A DNA stretch of 37,879 nucleotides from Candidatus Altiarchaeota archaeon (lineage in GTDB: Archaea; Altiarchaeota; Altiarchaeia; IMC4; QMZM01), in NCBI GenBank assembly GCA_016931955.1, contig JAFGDV010000023.1, positions 1 to 37,879 of the forward strand, in the 5' to 3' direction. The notes below the pieces were generated by a model. That model had not been told where the DNA came from. It saw only the letters and a program-made list of their open reading frames with translations, and did not search any database. A program made the position numbers and the translations under genes. Shown here piece by piece: positions 8,628-17,378 of the stretch. Each line of letters opens with the position of its first letter. Position 1 is the first letter of the stretch.

Positions 8628-8940
8628 ACTACTCTTAGACGACATCCTAGAGGCTGCAGACCGCATACAAGAATACACCAAAAATCTGACGCTCGCAGAC
8701 TTCAAGAAAAACAAACTCAAAGTCGACGCCACACTACGAAACCTAGAAGTCATAGGAGAAGCAACAAAAAACATCCCAGAAGAAGTCAAAAAGAAGAACC
8801 CTCAAATAGAATGGAAAAAGATGGCAGGATTACGAGACATACTCATACACGCCTACCCCAACATCGACATAGAGACCATATGGGACATAATAGAAAACAA
8901 GATACCAGAACTCAAAAAACAGATCAAGGAAATAAGATAA
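8611..8940 (+). CDS. HEPN/DUF86 (HepT-like) ribonuclease toxin
   Basis: RNLEVIGEA, W..MAGLRDILIHAY (R-x4-H-x-Y); overlaps the MNT gene. Confidence 0.92.
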   Translation: MHRNHKLLLDDILEAADRIQEYTKNLTLADFKKNKLKVDATLRNLEVIGEATKNIPEEVKKKNPQIEWKKMAGLRDILIHAYPNIDIETIWDIIENKIPELKKQIKEIR

Positions 8941-9027
8941 CCTATGAGAGGCAGAAGAGTTCGTTCTAAAAAAATTAGAACATTTATTCTAAAAAATAGA
9001 ACACAAGACAGGAAATAAAGGCGGCAT

Positions 9028-9125
9028 AAATGTAAGAGCCCGCTTCTGGGACACGCTTAAACGAGAAGTCTTCGAGCATGTTCTTTGTTTTTCATGGGGA
9101 TATATTGGGTTTAGTGATTTATAAA
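9028..9125. repeat. junction repeat, A copy followed by B copy (most complete composite)
   Basis: 21-bp identity to 4746-4766 and 47/50 identity to 8159-8208. Confidence 0.8.
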
Positions 9126-9189
9126 GTATGGTTTCCTAAAAGATTTAAGCATGAAAACCCTAAGATACAACACAGGAGGATGCGCGAAC

Positions 9190-9393
9190 ATGACTGAATC
9201 AATGATCAACATACCCAAAAAAGAATACCTACTCCTACTAAAATACAAAAAACTAGTGGACGCCGAATTCAAGGAAAAATTCACCAAAAAATTCCTCGAA
9301 GACGTCAGAAAAAGCGAGGAAGCCCATAAAAAAGGAGAATACGCCAGATGCGAGAGCAAAGAGGAAAGAAAAAAACTGTTCGACTCTCTGTGA
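9190..9393 (+). CDS. putative antitoxin upstream of RelE-like toxin
   Basis: AGGAGG SD then MTESMINIPKKEY...SEEAHKKGEY; small charged protein; start refined from 9151. Confidence 0.7.
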   Translation: MTESMINIPKKEYLLLLKYKKLVDAEFKEKFTKKFLEDVRKSEEAHKKGEYARCESKEERKKLFDSL

Positions 9394-9398
9394 TATCC

Positions 9399-9659
9399 AT
9401 GGCCTACAAACAGGACTATACAAAGCCGTTTCTTCAAGACGTTAAAGACATAAAAAAAGACAAAAACCTGTTAAACAGACTCAACAGAAAAATTGATGAA
9501 ATCCTAGAAAACCCAGAACACTACAAGCCATTAAAGAAAGACCTGAAAGGAAAAAGAAGAACCCACATCGGATCATACGTCCTAATATTCGAAGTCCGAG
9601 AAGACACCATCATATTCCACACATTCAAACACCACGACTACGCCTACCAGATAAGATAA
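9399..9659 (+). CDS. RelE/ParE family toxin
   Basis: YTKPFLQDVK...ILENPEHYKPLKKDLKGKRRTHIGSYVLIFEV...HHDYAY; start refined from 9348. Confidence 0.88.
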   Translation: MAYKQDYTKPFLQDVKDIKKDKNLLNRLNRKIDEILENPEHYKPLKKDLKGKRRTHIGSYVLIFEVREDTIIFHTFKHHDYAYQIR

Positions 9660-9693
9660 AACACTGCAACGAAAACAAAAACACCCAGATACA

Positions 9694-9759
9694 AAAAGCC
9701 TGATTCTAGGATGTAGCCGAGGCAGAATAGGATTAAGAGAGCATGTTTTTGTTTTTCAT
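9694..9759. repeat. junction repeat, degenerate A copy followed by B copy
   Basis: AAGCCTGATTCTAGGATGTAGCCGAGG ... GAGCATGTTTTTGTTTTTCAT. Confidence 0.6.
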
Positions 9760-9760
9760 T

Positions 9761-10099
9761 CTATTTGTAGCCGAATCGGCGGTCATACATTTTGTGGTTT
9801 AGGACTTCAAGGACGATGCAGGCCACCCCCGAGTTGTCGCCGACTAGTGAATAGATTAATCTCCAACGGCTGTCAAGGCGAAGCCTCCACAGGTTATTGA
9901 CGCCGAATCTTTGAATATAATACCTAGGGAATAATCTCTTCCGGATGCGTTGGCCGGCACAGAGATCAGATTCCAGCCTCTCTAAGCCTCGGCCGATGAT
10001 CCTGGAGAGGTACTCGGCTTCGCCGTCGCCGCCTGAAGCCTTCAATCGAAGATCCTGCAGTTCGCTGGCGAAACCCGGAGAAAACAGAACCTCGGTCAA
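9761..10099 (-). CDS. archaeal RelE-like toxin
   Basis: NLWRLRLDSRWRLIYSL...LEVLNHKMYDRRFGY; TTG start overlaps the upstream stop. Confidence 0.7.
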   Translation of the reverse strand: MTEVLFSPGFASELQDLRLKASGGDGEAEYLSRIIGRGLERLESDLCAGQRIRKRLFPRYYIQRFGVNNLWRLRLDSRWRLIYSLVGDNSGVACIVLEVLNHKMYDRRFGYK

Positions 10100-10368
10100 C
10101 GTCGATATGGGATAGAATCCTTCAGCAGCTTTTTGAGTTTCTTGTTGTCAGCGAACACCCAGACTATGCGGCCGTTTCTGTCGAAGACTATCTTGTTGCT
10201 GTCGGCCAGATACGCTAAGACTACGCCGAAGGTCTGCCACATCACGGCCTTGGGGAGAGCCCTCCAAAGCTGGTTCTTCGTCGGCGGCTCATCCAGCTTC
10301 CTGAGGGTTTCCTCGACCATCAGGATCGTGTCCAGCCGCGGCAGATGCACTATATTCAGGGGTTCCAT
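10096..10368 (-). CDS. winged-helix-like protein, putative antitoxin
   Basis: PRLDTILMVEETL...QLWRALPKAVMWQTFGVVLAYL..SNKI; coupled to the RelE-like gene; start refined from 10428. Confidence 0.65.
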   Translation of the reverse strand: MEPLNIVHLPRLDTILMVEETLRKLDEPPTKNQLWRALPKAVMWQTFGVVLAYLADSNKIVFDRNGRIVWVFADNKKLKKLLKDSIPYRR

Positions 10369-10441
10369 CTTGTATATAATATTATATATATGGACACATA
10401 TATAAGCTGCAGGACTCCAGGCCCGCACCAGGAGATTATAA

Positions 10442-10492
10442 GGTTTAAAGATTTATAAAGTAAGAGATGTAAAAGCCCACAGACCGGGGACA
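10442..10492. repeat. junction repeat, 3' part of B followed by an A copy
   Basis: GGTTTAAAGATTTATAAAGTAAGAGATGTAAA overlapping TGTAAAAGCCCACAGACCGGGGAC. Confidence 0.65.
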
Positions 10493-10529
10493 GAGATTTT
10501 TATTCTTGTCTGATGTAGAATACTGTAAC

Positions 10530-11747
10530 ATGAAAAAGATGATGATAACATGCTTGACATTGATCCTGCTAACAAACGGATGCCTGCAAACAGACCCCGC
10601 ACTCTGCGAACATATCGCAGACCAAAACAAAAAAGACACATGCTACAACTCACTAGCCATAAACAAAGAAGACTCCCTCTTCTGCGAAAAAATCCAAGAC
10701 CAAAAAACCAAAGAAAAATGCCACAACGACATAGCAAGATATGGAGAAATAACCCTCTGCGAACAAATAACAGATTCACAACAAAAAGACACATGCTATA
10801 ACTCACTAGCCATAAACAAACAAGACCCCCTCTTCTGCGAAAAAATACAGGGCACACAACAAAAAGACGAATGCTACGAATGGATTAGCCAAATAAGAGA
10901 AGACCCCACATTATGCGGAAAAATACAAGACCAGACCACAAAAGACAGCTGCCACACTACAATAGCACAATACACAAAAGACCCCCTAATATGCGAACAA
11001 ATAACAGACCAAGACACCAAAGACAACTGCTACGAAAACATTTTTTCAAACAACAACGACCCCGCAATCTGCGGACGGATTACGGACTCACCACAAAAAA
11101 ACGAATGCTACCTAAAAACAGCCCACAACAACAAAGACGCCACATTATGCGAACAAATCACAGACCAAAACACCAAAAACAGATGCTACTGGACAACAGC
11201 CCTAAACAAAGAAGACTCCACATTATGCGAACAGATTACGGATCCACAACAAGAATATCAATGCTATGATCTGATTGCTAAATCGAGAGGAGATCCCTCA
11301 ATCTGCGAAAAAATCAGAGACCAAAGCACCAAAGACGACTGCTATTTCAGCGCCGCAATATACAAAAACCCCCTCTTCTGCGAAAAAATCCCAAACAAAA
11401 TAAAAAAAGAATACTGTTACACCATGGTCGCCATATACTCAAACAACCCCCTAATATGCGAACAAATCCAGGATCAACAAAAAAAAGGATACTGCCACCA
11501 GAGTATTCTACTTTATAATACAGGCCCAGCATATTGCGAAAAAATCAGAGACCAAAGCACCAGAGACAACTGCTATCTGTCAACAGCCTACGACAGAAAA
11601 GACCCCACAATATGCGAACAAATACAGGACACACAACAAGAATACCAATGCTATGATTTCATTGCTCAATCAAAAGGAGATCCATCAATCTGCGAACACA
11701 TCAGAGACCAAGACACCAGAGAAGTATGCAAAAAATTCATACAATAA
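10530..11747 (+). CDS. Cys-rich repeat lipoprotein (15 repeats of about 26 aa)
   Basis: MKKMMITCLTLILLTNGC lipobox; repeats DPxLCExIxDQxxKDxCYxxIA; ATG at 10530. Confidence 0.88.
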   Translation: MKKMMITCLTLILLTNGCLQTDPALCEHIADQNKKDTCYNSLAINKEDSLFCEKIQDQKTKEKCHNDIARYGEITLCEQITDSQQKDTCYNSLAINKQDPLFCEKIQGTQQKDECYEWISQIREDPTLCGKIQDQTTKDSCHTTIAQYTKDPLICEQITDQDTKDNCYENIFSNNNDPAICGRITDSPQKNECYLKTAHNNKDATLCEQITDQNTKNRCYWTTALNKEDSTLCEQITDPQQEYQCYDLIAKSRGDPSICEKIRDQSTKDDCYFSAAIYKNPLFCEKIPNKIKKEYCYTMVAIYSNNPLICEQIQDQQKKGYCHQSILLYNTGPAYCEKIRDQSTRDNCYLSTAYDRKDPTICEQIQDTQQEYQCYDFIAQSKGDPSICEHIRDQDTREVCKKFIQ

Positions 11748-11794
11748 CACAGTTCTGGCTTTTTATTTTCTTGTTTCACGTAGAATAGTGTAAC

Positions 11795-12832
11795 ATGAAG
11801 AAGATCCTGTTCTCAATAGTTTTGCTCAGCGAAACAGCAACGGCATCATCCAGTGGTCTTCTCATCCGGCTAATCCAGGCACTATACTATCCAGTGTTTT
11901 TCCTAGCAACGCTCATGTACCTATACTGTATCATAGAATACCTGAAAGAAAGAAAAGACAAAAAATACCTGAAACACATAATAATCACCACCATAATAGC
12001 AGCAGCCAGCATAGCAGCCATAAACCTGATAAGCTGGGCCACATATGGATGCGTAATGATGCCCTACGCAGTCAGCGAAAACCTAGACTGCTGGGGTGCA
12101 GGATGCTTCGAACAAGAATGCCACTACAATCTGGCAATTAAAAAACAAGACCCCCTATTATGCGAACAGATCACAGACCAAGAAATCAAAGAAAGCTGCT
12201 ACACTATAGTCGCCATATACAAAGAAGACCTCGACCTCTGCGAAAAAATACAGAACACAGGGCATAGAGAACACTGTTTGATGGAAACAGCCATAAAATC
12301 GGGAAATGCCACAGTCTGCGAAAAATGCCCATATAGAGAATCCAGAGACCTATGCTATACCGCGATAGGAATAGACAAACAAGACCTCACCATATGCGAC
12401 CGAATCCAACACGATTTTGAAAAAATACTCTGCTACCAAAATATTGCAGTTTCCTCATCAAACCCTTTAATATGCGAACACTTCACTCAACCAGAATTTT
12501 GTTATACAAATATTGCAGCAGGAACAAAAAACGAATCAATCTGTGAAAAAATCACAGATCAACAGAAAAAAGAATACTGCTACGAGTCAGTAGCCTCAAA
12601 CAAACAAGACCCTGCATTATGTGAAAAAATCACAGACCAACACGCTAGAGATCGATGCTATGATTCCATAGCCTTAAACAAAAAAGACCCCACATTCTGT
12701 GAACAAATCACAAACCAGACCATCAAGGACAGTTGCTATAATTACATCGCAATAAACAAAAAAGACCCCACTCTCTGCGAACAAATCACAGACCAGGATA
12801 TAAAAGACATATGCACAAACTACACGTCATAA
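11795..12832 (+). CDS. Cys-rich repeat membrane protein (about 9 repeats) with N-terminal hydrophobic hairpin
   Basis: Same 26-aa repeat; signal-like segment plus two TM helices; upstream sequence shared with the 10530 gene. Confidence 0.85.
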   Translation: MKKILFSIVLLSETATASSSGLLIRLIQALYYPVFFLATLMYLYCIIEYLKERKDKKYLKHIIITTIIAAASIAAINLISWATYGCVMMPYAVSENLDCWGAGCFEQECHYNLAIKKQDPLLCEQITDQEIKESCYTIVAIYKEDLDLCEKIQNTGHREHCLMETAIKSGNATVCEKCPYRESRDLCYTAIGIDKQDLTICDRIQHDFEKILCYQNIAVSSSNPLICEHFTQPEFCYTNIAAGTKNESICEKITDQQKKEYCYESVASNKQDPALCEKITDQHARDRCYDSIALNKKDPTFCEQITNQTIKDSCYNYIAINKKDPTLCEQITDQDIKDICTNYTS

Positions 12833-12857
12833 AAACACCCCCCCAGCTGACACATGT

Positions 12858-14111
12858 CTAGAGAAACTCTCTCGGATCCGTTATCTCACCCCTGAGGGCG
12901 GAGGCTGCCACAGTCGCAGGAGAAGCCAAATAGATGCTTGCATCGGGGTTGCCCATACGACCTTTGAAATTTCTGTTGGCAGTGGATATAGCGTTCTCGC
13001 CGTCCGCGGGAACACCATTATGGGTGCCAACACACGGACCACAGCCGGGAGTGACGACGGCGGCACCGGATTCCACAAGGGACTGAATTATACCCTCACC
13101 CATAGCCTCCAAATAAACCCCCCGAGAAGAAGGCGCCACAATGAATCTGACGCCGGATGAAACACGCCGGCCCTTCAATATACTGGCTGCTATTCTAAGA
13201 TCCTCCAAGCGGCCATTAGTACAAGTACCAAGATAAGCGACACTAATAGGAGTGCCCACGACATCAGAAACAGGACAGACGTTGTCCACCTTATGAGGCT
13301 TGGCTATCTGCGGCTCAAGGTCGGAGACATCATATTCCTGGATTTTTCCGAATTCGGCGTCAGGGTCATTTTTCACGACGACTGGTTTCCTCTTAGAATG
13401 CTTCTTGACCCAGTTCAGAGTCTTATCATCCGCTTCGATGAGGCCCGCCTTAGCACCCATCTCAATAGCCATATTACAGACAGTCAACCGGGCGTCGACG
13501 CTCAAAGAAGAGATAACTTCGCCGGAGAACTCCACTGCCTTATAGGTCGCGCCGTCAGCGGTCATCTTACCTATAAGGTATAGTATAAGGTCCTTGGAGT
13601 ACACGCCCCTGGGGAGTTTACCATCTATTACGAGTTTTATGGTCTCAGGCACCTTGAACCATAGTTTTCCTGAGGAATAGACGGCGGCGATGTCGGTGCT
13701 GCCGATCCCTGTGGAAAAAGCGCCTAAGGCGCCGTAGGTGCAGGTATGAGAGTCTGCTCCAACGACAAGGTCGCCGGGAACAACGTGGCCGTGTTCGGGC
13801 ATCAACTGATGGCATACGCCGCAGCCTACGTCGTAGACAGTAATGCCCTGATTATTGGCGAAGTCTCGCATCATCTTATGGAGGTTCGAAACATCGCGTA
13901 GGGGGCTTGGGGCGGAGTGATCTATTACAAAGGCTATCCTCTCTGGATTACTCACCCTCTTAGAACCCATCTCCTTGAATGCCCTGATGGCTAGGGGTGT
14001 TGTACCGTCTTGGCTCATGGCGTAGTCTATGCTAGCTATCACTATGTCGCCTGCGTAGGCGTCTTTACCCGAATGAGTGCTTAATATCTTCTCAGAAATA
14101 GTCTTACCCAT
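12858..14111 (-). CDS. leuC: 3-isopropylmalate dehydratase / homoaconitase-family large subunit
   Basis: GADSHTCTYGA, GTCTNGR, CGPCVG, STANRNFKGRMG, YLASP; LeuC versus HacA specificity not resolvable. Confidence 0.92.
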   Translation of the reverse strand: MGKTISEKILSTHSGKDAYAGDIVIASIDYAMSQDGTTPLAIRAFKEMGSKRVSNPERIAFVIDHSAPSPLRDVSNLHKMMRDFANNQGITVYDVGCGVCHQLMPEHGHVVPGDLVVGADSHTCTYGALGAFSTGIGSTDIAAVYSSGKLWFKVPETIKLVIDGKLPRGVYSKDLILYLIGKMTADGATYKAVEFSGEVISSLSVDARLTVCNMAIEMGAKAGLIEADDKTLNWVKKHSKRKPVVVKNDPDAEFGKIQEYDVSDLEPQIAKPHKVDNVCPVSDVVGTPISVAYLGTCTNGRLEDLRIAASILKGRRVSSGVRFIVAPSSRGVYLEAMGEGIIQSLVESGAAVVTPGCGPCVGTHNGVPADGENAISTANRNFKGRMGNPDASIYLASPATVAASALRGEITDPREFL

Positions 14112-14120
14112 TTTAAAGTA

Positions 14121-14681
14121 TTATCGGCGTACAACCTTAAGAAGATCAGCGTTCGTGATAATGCCTTTGATGTCGCCCCCCTCCATGACAAGGATTGCTG
14201 TATTGTGTTCCAGGAGCTTGGAGAGTGTTGTCAATGATGTGGTGTTGTTCACGATGGGGAATGGGTGTTCCATGAAGTCTGCGACGTTTCTGTGGGAGAA
14301 GTCTTTCATGTTCGCTCCCTTCCCTATTTCGTTGAGTATTCTCTTCTCTGAGATGGAACCTGCGACCTTTTTTTTGTTGAATACTGGAATCTGTGATACC
14401 TTGAATCTGCTCATGATCCTTACGGTGTCTTCCATGGAGTCTGTTAATTGGACGCCGACGACCTTTGATGTCATCAGTTCTTTAGCGGTTATCTCTCTTT
14501 TCTTTAGCTCGTCCAGTGCCTTGCAGATGCGCTCCACCTTTGAGTATCTTGGGTCAACGGTTCCGGCTTCGAGTCTTGCGATGAGTGACTGGCTTACGCT
14601 GGCCTTCTCAGCCAGCTCGGACTGCGTTATACCTAAATCCTTGCGCAGCCGTTTTATCTCCGTTAGACCTAAGAGCCTCAT
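14121..14681 (-). CDS. XRE-type HTH transcriptional regulator with C-terminal CBS pair
   Basis: LRKDLGITQSELAEKASVSQSLIARLEAGTVDP followed by two CBS domains. Confidence 0.92.
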   Translation of the reverse strand: MRLLGLTEIKRLRKDLGITQSELAEKASVSQSLIARLEAGTVDPRYSKVERICKALDELKKREITAKELMTSKVVGVQLTDSMEDTVRIMSRFKVSQIPVFNKKKVAGSISEKRILNEIGKGANMKDFSHRNVADFMEHPFPIVNNTTSLTTLSKLLEHNTAILVMEGGDIKGIITNADLLKVVRR

Positions 14682-14682
14682 T

Positions 14683-14734
14683 TTATGCGTATATGCATAA
14701 TCTTAGGTATTTGATATTTATATATGAATATTCA
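14683..14734. promoter_or_regulatory. divergent promoter with TATA box and two palindromes
   Basis: TTATGC-N6-GCATAA at 14683-14700, TTTATATAT near 14717-14725, TGAATATTCA at 14725-14734. Confidence 0.55.
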
Positions 14735-14749
14735 ATAACTAAGACATTC

Positions 14750-16261
14750 ATGAAAACTATAAAGCAGATAAACGAAAAAATACGGAAAGGCGAAGCGGTA
14801 GTCGTCAGGGCTGATGAGATGCCCGAGATCTATGAAGAAAACCCAAGAAAGGCAGCCAAAGAAGTGGACGTAGTCACCACAGGCACATTTGGTGTAATGT
14901 GCTCTTCAGGGGCATTCCTCAACTTCGGCCACTCTGATCCACCTATAAAGATGCAGAAGGTCTGGTTGAATGAGGTGGAGGCCTACACTGGAATCGCGGC
15001 AGTGGATGCGTATATAGGCGCCACAGAACTCAGCATGGACAAAGGCCTAGAATACGGCGGAGGCCACGTTATCGAAGACCTGGTGTCCAGAAAAGAGGTA
15101 GACCTCAGGGCGACATCATATGGCTCCGATTGTTATCCCCGGAAAAAGATCGAAACAACCCTGACAATAGATGATCTGAGCCAGGCAGTGATGGTCAACC
15201 CAAGAAACTGCTATCAAAGATACAAGGCCGCAATAAATTCCACGAACACCATACTCCACACATACATGGGCACGCTGCTCCCCGACAAGAGGAATGTCAA
15301 CTTTGCAGGCACTGGCGAGATAAGTCCTCTGGCGAATGACCCTAACCTGGAAGTAGTCGGCGTCGGAACAAGGATATTCCTATGCGGGGCCCAAGGCATC
15401 ATACTAGGGGAAGGAACCCAGAGCTCTCCCCCGACCGGTTATGCGACCATACGCACTCAAGGAAACCTGAAGGAGATGTCTAAGGAGTTCCTAGCCGGTG
15501 CGTCGATTCTGGGGTATGGAGCGTCGCTCTTTATTGGCATTGGAATACCGATACCGATCCTGGATGAGCGAATAGCCCGGAATACTGCCGTAAGAAACGA
15601 GGACATAAGGGTGGACGTGCTGGACTTTGGTGTCCCCAAGAGGGACAGGCCCGTAGTAGGCCAGGTAAGCTATGCTGAGCTATTCTCCGGTAGGATTGAG
15701 ATAGACGGTAAAAAAGTTAAGACGAGCCCGTTGTCGAGCCTTAAGAAATCCCTCGAGATAATGGACACACTAAAGGGGTGGATTCAGGGTAAGGAGTTCT
15801 TCCTTTCAGAGACGATCCAGCCCCTGCCGAAGGACTCCATCTCTAAGCCGATGAAGCAGAGGAAGATGGTGCCTTTTGTTGGAGAAATCATGACCAAGAG
15901 GGTGATAACAGCTCATCCGGAAGACTCTATTGACTCCGTAGCAGAAACCCTCGTCAGGAAGGAGATAGATCAGATTCCTATAGTGGACGCAGAGAGAAAA
16001 CTTGTTGGGATAGTGACCTCCTGGGACATAACAAAGGCGGTTGCACTGAAAAAGAAGAAGCTGGGGGATATAATGACGAGGAACGTGATAAACTCAAGGC
16101 AGGATGAATACATAGATGCTGTCAGCCGCAGGTTTGAGAAATACAAGATACACTCCACTCCAGTAGTCAACGACAAAAAGGAGCTGGTAGGCATAATCAC
16201 GATGGCTGACATACTACACAGCGGCGTCACTAACAAGCTTCGTAGCAAGACGAAAAAATGA
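14750..16261 (+). CDS. L-aspartate semialdehyde sulfurtransferase (DUF39 + CBS; MA1821/MJ0100-like homocysteine synthesis)
   Basis: MKTIKQINEKIRKGEAVV, DVVTTGTFGVMCSSGA, YGGGHVIEDL, NPRN, C-terminal CBS pair; start refined from 14585. Confidence 0.93.
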   Translation: MKTIKQINEKIRKGEAVVVRADEMPEIYEENPRKAAKEVDVVTTGTFGVMCSSGAFLNFGHSDPPIKMQKVWLNEVEAYTGIAAVDAYIGATELSMDKGLEYGGGHVIEDLVSRKEVDLRATSYGSDCYPRKKIETTLTIDDLSQAVMVNPRNCYQRYKAAINSTNTILHTYMGTLLPDKRNVNFAGTGEISPLANDPNLEVVGVGTRIFLCGAQGIILGEGTQSSPPTGYATIRTQGNLKEMSKEFLAGASILGYGASLFIGIGIPIPILDERIARNTAVRNEDIRVDVLDFGVPKRDRPVVGQVSYAELFSGRIEIDGKKVKTSPLSSLKKSLEIMDTLKGWIQGKEFFLSETIQPLPKDSISKPMKQRKMVPFVGEIMTKRVITAHPEDSIDSVAETLVRKEIDQIPIVDAERKLVGIVTSWDITKAVALKKKKLGDIMTRNVINSRQDEYIDAVSRRFEKYKIHSTPVVNDKKELVGIITMADILHSGVTNKLRSKTKK

Positions 16262-16656
16262 ACAAATACATGCTGAAGATACCCTCGGAGGTTGTTGATT
16301 CACCCATAATCGCAACCACTGTCTTGGAGACAGAAGTGATGGTCAACATACTGAGGGCGAAGGTGGACTATGACGAGGGCACGATTGTGATAAGCATACT
16401 CGGAGACGCCGAGGAACAGAGGAGGGTCGTGGAAGCGCTCAGGGGGAAGGGGGTGGAGGTAAGTAAGCTCGAGAAAAATATAACAAACGACTTGAAGAAA
16501 TGCGTCAACTGCGGTGCTTGCATAGCTTTATGCCCTACTGACGCGATCTCATTCAACGCAGACCATTCTATCAGGGTGGAAAGTGAAAAATGCATCCGTT
16601 GCGGAGCGTGTGTGGTAGCATGTCCCCTCAGAAGCCTATCTATCCAGGTGATCTGA
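16258..16656 (+). CDS. NIL-domain 2x[4Fe-4S] ferredoxin subunit (MA1822-like)
   Basis: VNILRA NIL motif; CVNCGACIALCP and CIRCGACVVACP; ATGA overlap. Confidence 0.92.
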   Translation: MNKYMLKIPSEVVDSPIIATTVLETEVMVNILRAKVDYDEGTIVISILGDAEEQRRVVEALRGKGVEVSKLEKNITNDLKKCVNCGACIALCPTDAISFNADHSIRVESEKCIRCGACVVACPLRSLSIQVI

Positions 16657-17336
16657 AAAGATTCGAGCTCAGTTATAAGCAGACTAGCGTTGTTGTTTTC
16701 TCGGATCTTGACATAGCATCGGAAGTCTTGGAATTCCTCGAGGGGAGGTATGATGAGCTTGAAGCCTACTGCCTGAAGGAGCCTCTTTTCCTACTATCGT
16801 ATGACCCCGTGGGGTCGAGAAAGAAATCACCAACCATCGTTGAAATGATGGCAGCCGCCGCAGAAAAAGCCGAGGTTGGCCCAATGGCCGCAGTTGCTGG
16901 TGCTTTCTCTGAGCTAGTTGGCGGGTTCCTGCTGGAAAAGGGGGCGAGGGAGGTATTGGTCGAAAACGGCGGCGACATCTTCATGAAGTCTGAGAGGGAT
17001 AGGATTGTTGGAGTATACGCTGGGGATTCGGTTTTTTCTAATAGGATCGGCTTCAGGGTGAGGCCGGAGCAGACGCCCATGGCAGTCTGCACCAGCTCTT
17101 CCTCAGTCGGTCATTCTGTAAGTCTCGGTGACTCTGACGCGGTTTCCGTTGTTGCGGAATCCTGCCCTCTAGCGGATGCTGCTGCTACGTCCATTGGAAA
17201 TCATGTTAGGGGTGATGAGGGGATAAGCCTTGGGCTGAAGAGGGCGCAGGGGATAAAGGGGATCAAGGGGACGCTCATAATCCAGGGGGGGGAGATGGGT
17301 TTCTGGGGGGAACTGCCTGAGATAGTACCACTATAA
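16590..17336 (+). CDS. UPF0280 / ApbE-like protein (MA1715-like); start uncertain
   Basis: VGPMAAVAGA, VENGGDI, CTSSSSVGHSVSLG, ADAAAT. Confidence 0.9.
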   Translation: MHPLRSVCGSMSPQKPIYPGDLKRFELSYKQTSVVVFSDLDIASEVLEFLEGRYDELEAYCLKEPLFLLSYDPVGSRKKSPTIVEMMAAAAEKAEVGPMAAVAGAFSELVGGFLLEKGAREVLVENGGDIFMKSERDRIVGVYAGDSVFSNRIGFRVRPEQTPMAVCTSSSSVGHSVSLGDSDAVSVVAESCPLADAAATSIGNHVRGDEGISLGLKRAQGIKGIKGTLIIQGGEMGFWGELPEIVPL

Positions 17337-17378
17337 CTAATATTTTTCTTTGGTCGTGTAATAATATTAGGATGTAAA

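Noticed and set aside
2934-9945. Avoidance of WCCGGW as support for REase specificity
   Set aside because: Sites are readily found (e.g. 2934, 4375, 9940); no obvious depletion and no count was made, so specificity stays unassigned
10373-10388. 16-bp palindrome TATATAATATTATATA as an operator
   Set aside because: Plausible position, but pure A/T low complexity overlapping a promoter region makes chance likely
4734-10492. CRISPR array or classical integron attC sites
   Set aside because: Repeats are degenerate and separated by whole genes; no cas genes or integron integrase in the window; no clear RYYYAAC...GTTRRRY hairpins
10550-11532. Alternative-frame and antisense ORFs over the Cys-repeat gene
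   Set aside because: Shadows caused by scarcity of stop codons in A/C-rich repetitive sequence
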